This document shows positions 1 through 6,306 of a DNA stretch of 20,000 nucleotides, one piece after another. Within the stretch, counting starts at the first letter, position 1, and each line of letters opens with the position of its first letter. The stretch is from Candidatus Omnitrophota bacterium (GTDB lineage Bacteria > Omnitrophota > Gorgyraeia > Zapsychrales > Zapsychraceae). Position numbers and translations under genes: made by a program. Location: the NCBI GenBank assembly GCA_015233495.1, contig JADFXQ010000004.1:49227-69226 (forward strand), written 5' to 3'. The notes beneath the pieces were generated by a model that saw only the letters and a list, made by a program, of their open reading frames with translations, ran no database searches and was not told where the DNA came from.

Positions 1-498
1 ATGATTCTTAAAGAAGGCCGTTATTTCCGTTTTTCACGCCGGGGTGATTGGGAGTTTTTTTCCCGAAAAAATTGCAGTGATGTCGCGATCATCGTGGCGC
101 TGACCGATGAAGGCAAAGTGATTTTTGTTGAGCAATACCGGGAACCGGTGCGAAAAAAGGTGATAGAGTTCCCGGCCGGCTTGATCAATGACCACACTCC
201 GGAAACTTTCGCGCAAGGAGCGAAACGCGAATTGCTGGAAGAAACCGGTTATCGCGCCCGGCGGATCACCCGGCTGTTAAAAGGCCCGGCCCAAAGCGGC
301 GCCAGCGCGGATTTGGTCACCATGGTGCGGGCCTACGGATTAAAAAAAGTCAGCGCCGGCGGGGGCGACCGCTCGGAAAAAATCAAGGTTCATGAAGTTA
401 TTTTAACGGAAGTTCCGGCTTGGCTTAAAAAAATGTCCCGGCGGGGCTATTTGATAGAACCTAAAGTTTATGCTGGACTTTATTTTTTAACCGCTTAA
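1..498 (+). CDS. Nudix hydrolase, ADP-ribose pyrophosphatase (NudF)-like; true start may lie upstream of the window
   Basis: Nudix box GLINDHTPETFAQGAKRELLEETGY preceded by EQYREP...IEFPAG, typical of ADP-sugar pyrophosphatases; ORF begins at base 1. Confidence 0.85.
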   Translation: MILKEGRYFRFSRRGDWEFFSRKNCSDVAIIVALTDEGKVIFVEQYREPVRKKVIEFPAGLINDHTPETFAQGAKRELLEETGYRARRITRLLKGPAQSGASADLVTMVRAYGLKKVSAGGGDRSEKIKVHEVILTEVPAWLKKMSRRGYLIEPKVYAGLYFLTA

Positions 499-519
499 AA
501 TAAAAATAGTTATTTAAAA

Positions 520-539
520 TTTTGAATGGCCATTCAAAA
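520..539. promoter_or_regulatory. Perfect 20-bp palindrome, candidate transcription-factor operator upstream of fba
   Basis: TTTTGAATGGCCATTCAAAA is its own reverse complement; lies between a -10-like TAAAAT (515-520) and the RBS AGGGGT (541-546). Confidence 0.55.
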
Positions 540-551
540 AAGGGGTGCTCA

Positions 552-1559
552 ATGGTTTCTTACAAAGAATTAGGTTTTTCGAACACTAAGGAAATGTTTA
601 AAAAAGCGGTGACGGGTGGATTTGCCGTTCCCGCGTATAATTTTAATAATATGGAACAATTGCAAGCGATCGTCTTAGCATGTTTGGAAACCCAGTCGCC
701 GGTAATTTTGCAGGTGTCCAGCGGCGCGCGCAAATACGCGGACCAAACCTTGCTACGCTACATGGGGCAAGGCGCGGTAGAGATGATGAAACGCTACGCT
801 CAAGAAAAAAAATTAAAACCGATTCCGATTGCTTTGCACTTAGACCATGGCGATACTTTTGAATTATGCCAGTCCTGCGTGGAATCCGGGTTTTCTTCCG
901 TAATGATCGACGGATCGCATCATCCTTATGATAAAAATGTGGAGTTGACCAAGCAGGTGGTGCAGTTTGCGCATCAACACGCAGTGAGCGTGGAAGGCGA
1001 ATTGGGCGTTCTCGCCGGAATCGAAGACGAAGTTCAGGCGGAAAAATCGACTTACACTCGGCCGGATGAAGTGATTGATTTTGTGTCTAAGACTGGCGTG
1101 GACTCGCTGGCGATTTCCATAGGGACTTCGCACGGCGCGTATAAATTTAAGCCGGAACAATGCACCAAAAACGCGGACGGCGTTTATGTGCCGCCGGAAT
1201 TGCGATTTGACATTTTAGAAGAAATCGAAAAACGCCTGCCCGGTTTTCCGATTGTTTTGCACGGCGCTTCTTCCGTGCCGATGGAAGCCGTAAAGATGAT
1301 CAATCAATACGGCGGCAAACTCAAGGATTCCGTGGGGATTCCGGAAGAACAACTGCGCCGGGCCGCTAAGTCCGCGGTATGCAAAATTAATATTGATTCC
1401 GACGGCCGTTTATGGATGACTGCGGCGATCCGCAAAGAATTCGCCGAGAAACCGGCAGAGTTTGATCCGCGCAAATATTTGGGTCCGGCGCGGCAAGCTT
1501 TGCAAGAAATGTATAAACAAAAAAATGTCAGCGTTTTGGGATCGGCGGGTCAGGTATAA
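552..1559 (+). CDS. fba: Class II fructose-1,6-bisphosphate aldolase
   Basis: Motifs PAYNFNN, HLDHG, SSVMIDGS, VEGELG, IGTSHGAYKF, VLHGASS, KINIDSD, FDPRKYL; ATG at 552 follows RBS AGGGGT and is preferred over TTG at 522. Confidence 0.95.
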   Translation: MVSYKELGFSNTKEMFKKAVTGGFAVPAYNFNNMEQLQAIVLACLETQSPVILQVSSGARKYADQTLLRYMGQGAVEMMKRYAQEKKLKPIPIALHLDHGDTFELCQSCVESGFSSVMIDGSHHPYDKNVELTKQVVQFAHQHAVSVEGELGVLAGIEDEVQAEKSTYTRPDEVIDFVSKTGVDSLAISIGTSHGAYKFKPEQCTKNADGVYVPPELRFDILEEIEKRLPGFPIVLHGASSVPMEAVKMINQYGGKLKDSVGIPEEQLRRAAKSAVCKINIDSDGRLWMTAAIRKEFAEKPAEFDPRKYLGPARQALQEMYKQKNVSVLGSAGQV

Positions 1560-1571
1560 ATTCGTAACGGG

Positions 1572-1610
1572 CGCCCCTTGCCTATCATTGGGCAGGTGGG
1601 CGACCTCTTT
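1572..1610 (+). terminator. GC-rich hairpin after fba, probable intrinsic terminator
   Basis: CGCCC-CTTGCCT / loop ATCATT / GGGCAGG-T-GGGCG, followed by a weak pyrimidine tail ACCTCTTT. Confidence 0.5.
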
Positions 1611-1634
1611 GGGCTACACCTACAAGGAGCGATA

Positions 1635-1928
1635 ATGATGGAAACTTTTATTTTTTTAGGAAAATATTCGCCGGAAGCAGTGCGGGATATCAGCTCGGAC
1701 CGCACGTCTAATACCATTACCCTGATAAAGGAAATCGGCGGCGAGGTGGTGTCGATGTACGCGCTGTTAGGCGGCTATGATTTGGTTTTGATAGTTAAAC
1801 TGCCGTCTGCCACAACGGCCATGAAGGCTTCTTTAGCTTTGACGATGCTCACCGGTATTTCTTTTCAAACTCATCCCGCTTTGGCTGTGGATGATCTGGA
1901 CCGGATTATTGGCGAGGCGAGGGAATAA
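1635..1928 (+). CDS. GYD domain-containing protein
   Basis: About 97 aa with GGEVVSMYALLGGYDLVLIV signature; RBS AAGGAG before ATGATG at 1635/1638 (TTG at 1578 lies inside the hairpin). Confidence 0.85.
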   Translation: MMETFIFLGKYSPEAVRDISSDRTSNTITLIKEIGGEVVSMYALLGGYDLVLIVKLPSATTAMKASLALTMLTGISFQTHPALAVDDLDRIIGEARE

Positions 1929-2367
1929 AGGGGGTTTAATACAGCTGTTGTTCGAACTCACACTTTTCAACGGAGTTTTTCTTTCCAGTTTCAAACGCCT
2001 GTCGTAACCTTACAAGCTTTCCTTTTATTTAATTATCGACGCATCCTTGAACAAAACAGGTCTGATTTTGACCGCAGTCACACTGCTGTCCGTATGAACA
2101 TCCTCCAGTAGGAGGAAAAGCGCAATGACCGCCAGTGCTTGTGTTCGTGTTTGTTCCAGTACCTGAGCCTGCGCTGGTATTTGTACCAGTCCCGTTTCCT
2201 GGCGCGCAAAGATGGACAGAAGTTTCACAATGATATCCGCCCGGACAAAGATCCCCGGCAGCGCATTTAAATAGACAGGTGTTTTCATAACAATATTGCG
2301 CTGTTTCAGGACACGAGGGGCAAGTGTGAAAAGGATCGCTGCGGCAATCATAGCCATTGAGACAAGT

Positions 2368-2868
2368 GGGGGTTATGCAATTACCGGTCTCCGGAACACA
2401 AATTTCGCCGTAAGAACAATTTTTATGTAAGGTTTGGCATTGGCCTTGGATACAGACAATAGTTGCGCATTTATCGCCGCCAGTATGGTCCAAACAACCG
2501 CCATAACAATAAGGTGGATTGCCGCTGCATTCGGTGCAAGAGTCCGAAATACAATGTCCAACTCCGTTATCGCAATGAAATCCTGCCGGACAAGAATCTA
2601 AAACACATGTTCCATTTTGACATTGGGGAGTAAAACAGTTGTCTACTGCTAGACAGCCAGAATAACAGGGCGGGAGCTGATCCAAACATTGGGTACAGGA
2701 GTCTGGGATACAATAACCGGTAGCTGGATTACAATGGGTTGTCGAAGGACAGGATACTAGCTGATGAAAACATGAGCCTGTAATACATTGGGTAATGATA
2801 CATTTGCTAGGATCGTCTATACAGCCAAGAGTACAACCGGAATCAACAGAGGGATTGCATTCTGTACA
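2368..2868 (-). repeat. Three tandem degenerate 52-57 aa repeats with 10 Cys each (2868-2701, 2697-2542, 2538-2368)
   Basis: Consensus CTxC-x6/7-CxxGC-x5/8-C-x4-CxxGxC-x4/6-C-x5-C-x4-GxCI, aligned by eye from the translation. Confidence 0.85.
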
Positions 2869-2869
2869 A

Positions 2870-4070
2870 GCGATGTACGTGCTAGTATCTGTACTTGTTG
2901 CTGTTTCTGTATTTGTTGCTGTTGTTGTGTTTGTTATTGTTACTGTAACTGTTGTTGAGTTAGTAACTGTTGTTGTGTTTGTTGCTGTTATAGTGTTTAT
3001 TTGAGTTTGCGTACCTGTTTGAGTTTCTGTTCCAGTATTTGGTCCTCCGCCTGTGGTACCGGTGCTGGTTCCGGTGCCTGTACCGGTGCTAATGTTGGTA
3101 CTAACAGTACTCGTGCTGATGTTCGTCCCAGTACTTGTGCTGCCCGAAACGGTCGTGGTGCCAGTGTTAGTTCCGGTGTTAGTGGCAGTAGGAGGAATTC
3201 CGCCTGTTTGAGTCGAAGTGCTTGTTCCGGAGATAGTGGCTGTAGAAGTCCCGGCGCCTGTATTGGTGCCATTGCCGGTACTTGTGCTTGTATTTGTCCC
3301 GGTAGCAGTGCTGGTTGAAGTGCTGGTAGAGGTATTAGTGGTACAAATGGATGATGATTGACAAAAATTATTGCAACAATAAAAAGCGGAAAATGGACAT
3401 TGACCAAAACACCAGCTTCCGTTAGAACACGTGCATTCGGTGCCTGTTGAAGTGGATGTGCTGGTTGATGTGCTGGTGGCTGTGCCAGTTGAGGAAACGG
3501 TAGCTGTCCCGGTGTTACTGCCGGTTCCCGTATTGGTGCCTGTAGCAGTTCCGGTAACCGTGGTTGTATTTGTACCGGTGGCGGTACCAGTTGAAGTCCC
3601 AGTTGATGTGCTGGTAGAAGTGCTGGTGTCTGTTCCAGTGTTTGTCCCACACTCATCGACAGAAGCGTGGCAAATATTAATACAACAATGTTTAAGCCCG
3701 GCAGGACAGCTACTACATTCTTGATCTCTACTACATCCTATGGTGCTTTCCAAACAAGAAGTGCCGCCAGTAGCAGTTCCTGTTCCTGTGTTAATGGCTG
3801 TATTCGTCTCGGTGCCCGTATTGGGTCCAGTACCGGTATTTGTGTTTGTATTTGTATTGGTGGTGGTAATGGTCGATGTGCTGGTGAAGGTATTGGTGCT
3901 TGTAGCGGTTCCGGTTATGTGTTTGTGTTTGTCCCAGTGGTGGAGTTGGTCGATGTGCTGGTTCCAGTATTTGTCATTGTATTTGTGTTGGTAACGGTTC
4001 CCGAACTTGTTACGGTGTTGGAAGCGGTGTCGGTTCCGGATCCGGTGCTTGTTTGCGTATTCGTGACAGT
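2870..4070 (-). repeat. Low-complexity Thr/Ser/Gly/Asn coding tracts (TSTSTS, TNTNT, TGT), interrupted by two 8-Cys modules
   Basis: Recurring + strand units such as GATGTGCTGG/GAAGTGCTGG near 3315, 3455, 3467, 3605, 3875, 3952 and GTGTTT/GTATTT hexamers near 3836-3858 and 3919-3930. Confidence 0.85.
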
Positions 4071-4487
4071 TCCGGTAGGGGGTGGAACATTGCCGCAGGT
4101 GTTGGTGCAATTATTCGTGGCGGGATAAGCCGCGCTTAAAGGATTGTTGGCGGTTACCGTAATACATTCCCCAGCATTGATGGTCGCGGTGATTCGAAAA
4201 ATACCATTAGCCAGGTCGGAACAATAGGTGGTTTTTTTAGTGTTATCAACTACATTGACATTGTTGCCCAGCGAGGCATTGATCGCCGCGAGGTTTGGTT
4301 TTCCGTCGGGATAACTGCCGCGGATCCGCGCCGCGCCGTGTAAAACGCGCAAGTTGAGATAAGCTATATCGCGGCGTTTATGATCAATAGCTTTATGAAA
4401 GTCGGGTACAGCAAAGCCGATCATCAGTCCGAGAATGGCGATGACAATCAGGATTTCCATTAAAGTGAAGCCAAAAGCGCGACGCAT
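3915..4487 (-). CDS. Type IV prepilin (N-terminal product as sequenced, 190 aa; alternative start 4499) with 4 Cys and a Thr-rich tail
   Basis: Class III signal peptide MRRAFG|FTLME with Glu at +5 and hydrophobic helix ILIVIAILGLMIGFAVP; GGGA 6 nt upstream of ATG 4487. Confidence 0.85.
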   Translation of the reverse strand: MRRAFGFTLMEILIVIAILGLMIGFAVPDFHKAIDHKRRDIAYLNLRVLHGAARIRGSYPDGKPNLAAINASLGNNVNVVDNTKKTTYCSDLANGIFRITATINAGECITVTANNPLSAAYPATNNCTNTCGNVPPPTGTVTNTQTSTGSGTDTASNTVTSSGTVTNTNTMTNTGTSTSTNSTTGTNTNT

Positions 4488-4516
4488 AACAATTCCCATT
4501 TCTCAATAACATTTAT

Positions 4517-5059
4517 CTAAGGAAAGCAACTGCTGGCCCCGGTGCTTTTGATCCAGGCATAATCCCCGCAATTGTTTTGATAACAGTATTGTCCGGCGCT
4601 GCAAGCGCAGTTAATGGCGCCGCCGACAAAGCAGACGCCGTTTTGACAAAAAGCGCAGGCCCCGGGACAAACCTGCCCGCATCCCGAACCGCTGGGCGTG
4701 CCGCCCGATTGCACGATTTTATAATTTTCCGTGCCGCCAATTCGCGTCGCGGTCAAGGTATAGCCGCCCGCGCCGTCGGGTGTGTAGTCGTAAGCAAAAA
4801 GATCGTCTAAAATATTGCCGCTCAAAGTTGAGTTCAATCCCGTGAGAGTCAGCGGATTAGCGGGAAAATTATTATTGGTTGTGTTGGCCCGATAAGTCGC
4901 TAATAAACTTTGTAATGCGGTCAGATTATTTTGCGCGCGTTGGGCTTGCTGTTTGGAAATCGCTTTCAAGTAATTGGGAATGCCAAATCCTAAAATCGCG
5001 GATAAAATCACGATAACCACAATGATTTCGGTCAGGGTAAAACCCAAGGATCTTTTCAT
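4517..5059 (-). CDS. Type IV prepilin (180 aa) with a C-terminal 10-Cys domain
   Basis: MKRSLG|FTLTEIIVVIVILSAILGFGIPNY prepilin motif; YDY...YTLTATR beta-sheet region typical of pilins; Cys-rich tail at 4681-4517. Confidence 0.9.
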   Translation of the reverse strand: MKRSLGFTLTEIIVVIVILSAILGFGIPNYLKAISKQQAQRAQNNLTALQSLLATYRANTTNNNFPANPLTLTGLNSTLSGNILDDLFAYDYTPDGAGGYTLTATRIGGTENYKIVQSGGTPSGSGCGQVCPGACAFCQNGVCFVGGAINCACSAGQYCYQNNCGDYAWIKSTGASSCFP

Positions 5060-5093
5060 ATTTTGGCTGTATCCAATAATTCTTATTTACCTA

Positions 5094-5113
5094 ATTATAG
5101 TATAAGCTATAAT
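5094..5113. promoter_or_regulatory. Divergent back-to-back -10 boxes (TATAAT on both strands)
   Basis: ATTATAG-TATAAG-CTATAAT inverted repeat: minus-strand TATAAT at 5099-5094, plus-strand TATAAT at 5108-5113, between divergent genes. Confidence 0.6.
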
Positions 5114-5120
5114 AGACAAT

Positions 5121-5894
5121 ATGAAAAATTTATTTTTTTTGTTGCTGTTTTTGACGCTGATGGCCCGGCCAGCCTCGGCCACATTTTTGTCGGAGGTGGA
5201 TAAGGTGCGGCAATTCAACCCCGACGGAAAAAAGTATGAATTTTGCAAAGACTATTTAAACGGATTGAGCTATTTAGCCAATAATGAAAGCGCGGTGCGT
5301 TTGCGGCTTTCCGCGGATATGCAAGGCAAGTCTGAAGCCGAAAAAGGCAAAAAAGCTTTGGCGAGTCTGGTGCAAGAAAACGTTAATTTGCGGGTCGCCA
5401 AAAACACTTTAAAAAAATATTTGACAGCGGACAATGGTCTGATGATCAAAGTCGCGCATATTTTTATGCAGGTATGCGATGCACAGATCGCTTTGAACAG
5501 CAAGGAACATGAGCTTGATGAGGGATACTTGAAAAACGGCACGGGACCGGCCGCGAAAAATTTTGATTGGAAAAAACAGAAAAGCCTTCGCGAGCAATTG
5601 CTGGCCGAACGCCGTGAATCCATGAAAGGATTATTGGAAGCTTCATTATTGGCGCAAAAAATTTTAATCAGCGATAAGCCGGACCGGTTAGGTCAATTGG
5701 TTAATTTAGGCATTACGGCTGGGCAGCGGGAAAAATTGATTTTTAAGATCAAAGAATTATTCGGCCGCGATACTCCCGCGCATTTACAAGAAGGGCAGTC
5801 CTTTTTAAAAGGAAGTGTGGCGGCAATTTTGGAAATTCTAGAAGATCAAACCTGGGGAACGATAGAGGCAAGAGACTCTGTAAATAATAATTGA
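5121..5894 (+). CDS. Hypothetical secreted protein, probably alpha-helical
   Basis: 257 aa ORF; Sec signal peptide MKNLFFLLLFLTLMARPASA with an A-S-A cleavage site; Leu/Lys/Glu-rich; no family recognised. Confidence 0.75.
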   Translation: MKNLFFLLLFLTLMARPASATFLSEVDKVRQFNPDGKKYEFCKDYLNGLSYLANNESAVRLRLSADMQGKSEAEKGKKALASLVQENVNLRVAKNTLKKYLTADNGLMIKVAHIFMQVCDAQIALNSKEHELDEGYLKNGTGPAAKNFDWKKQKSLREQLLAERRESMKGLLEASLLAQKILISDKPDRLGQLVNLGITAGQREKLIFKIKELFGRDTPAHLQEGQSFLKGSVAAILEILEDQTWGTIEARDSVNNN

Positions 5895-5919
5895 CAAACG
5901 CGCTAACCATCGGTAATGT
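5891..5919 (+). promoter_or_regulatory. Sigma70-type promoter for the small ORF at 5928
   Basis: Consensus TTGACA (5891-5896), 17-bp spacer, TAATGT (5914-5919). Confidence 0.55.
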
Positions 5920-5927
5920 ATTGATTT

Positions 5928-6143
5928 ATGGACACTCTGGAGTCAAAAAAACTCTTACGCAACCGCGCTGTGCTTGATGAAATCGCCCGGCATCAGTGGA
6001 TAGAGAGTGAAAAAGCCGGAAAAGACATTGGGTTCGATAACGCGGCTGCGGATTGGTTAGAACGATTTTCCAAAGATTGGATGAACTACCACCTGCCCAA
6101 ACGCACTTCTTGCCTCAGCAAATTTTTTAAAATTTCTAAATAA
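5928..6143 (+). CDS. Small conserved protein, DUF4032-like
   Basis: 71 aa with EIARHQWIESEKAGKDIGFDNAAADW, resembling the EIxxHxWxxSExAGxDxG motif recalled for DUF4032-type proteins. Confidence 0.7.
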   Translation: MDTLESKKLLRNRAVLDEIARHQWIESEKAGKDIGFDNAAADWLERFSKDWMNYHLPKRTSCLSKFFKISK

Positions 6144-6169
6144 TAATCGATTTAATTTACGGTTGTTTT

Positions 6170-6178
6170 TGATACAAT
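6170..6178 (+). promoter_or_regulatory. Extended -10 promoter upstream of gpmI
   Basis: TG-A-TACAAT in AT-rich intergenic DNA about 130 nt before the gpmI ATG. Confidence 0.5.
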
Positions 6179-6207
6179 AAATCTTCTTGTAATGGGGCAT
6201 TGAGTTA

Positions 6208-6286
6208 CGGGAATAAGGATGCAGTGATTTAAAATGTATTCAGCTTCCCGCACCCCCGCGCAGCCTGCCGGAAGGCAGGGGAGGGG
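6208..6286 (+). other. Two stem-loops in the gpmI 5' leader
   Basis: CGGGAA(6208-6213)/TTCCCG(6245-6250) enclosing GGATGCA/TGTATTC; then CCTGCC-GGAA-GGCAGG (6264-6279) with a GNRA loop. Confidence 0.45.
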
Positions 6287-6306
6287 ATTTAAATTAGGAG
6301 AACAGT

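Larger units (their letters stand above)
2029..4487 (-). pseudogene. Frameshifted giant type IV pilin-like protein (about 819 aa if repaired): pilin head + Thr/Ser-rich stalks + Cys-rich modules; could be a sequence error, a pseudogene or a recoded gene
   Basis: Frame 0 reads MRRAFG|FTLMEILIVIAIL...TGTNTNT-TAA (3917-3915). The -1 frame continues the same Thr-rich sequence from 3918 (ITGTATSTNTF...) for 629 codons to the stop at 2029. Confidence 0.8.

Noticed and set aside
178..255. Nudix box with GX7E rather than GX5E spacing
   Set aside because: Small insertions here are common; the REUXEEXGY core is intact
1936..2028. About 30 open codons in frame after the giant pilin stop (possible readthrough)
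   Set aside because: Short, compositionally unrelated to the protein, and expected by chance
3300..3965. Recurring GATGTGCTGG-like units as a CRISPR array or DGR template/variable repeat
   Set aside because: Units are short, irregularly spaced and in-frame coding repeats; no cas or reverse transcriptase gene and no adenine-specific mismatched repeat pair seen
3919..4110. First 64 aa (MHQHLRQC...KHKH) of the 693 aa ORF as a real His/Asn/Arg-rich N-terminus
   Set aside because: It is the -1 frame shadow of the Thr-rich pilin tail; TTG start directly after a stop, no RBS and no signal peptide
2795..4128. Val/Pro-rich plus-strand ORFs and the Gln/Pro/Leu-rich minus ORF 2997-3656
   Set aside because: Antisense or alternate-frame shadows of Thr/Gly/Ser codon repeats
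6261..6286. CCGGAAGG hairpin as SRP (4.5S) RNA
   Set aside because: Lacks the conserved CAGG...GGAAGCAGC internal loops of SRP domain IV; it is a plain 6-bp stem
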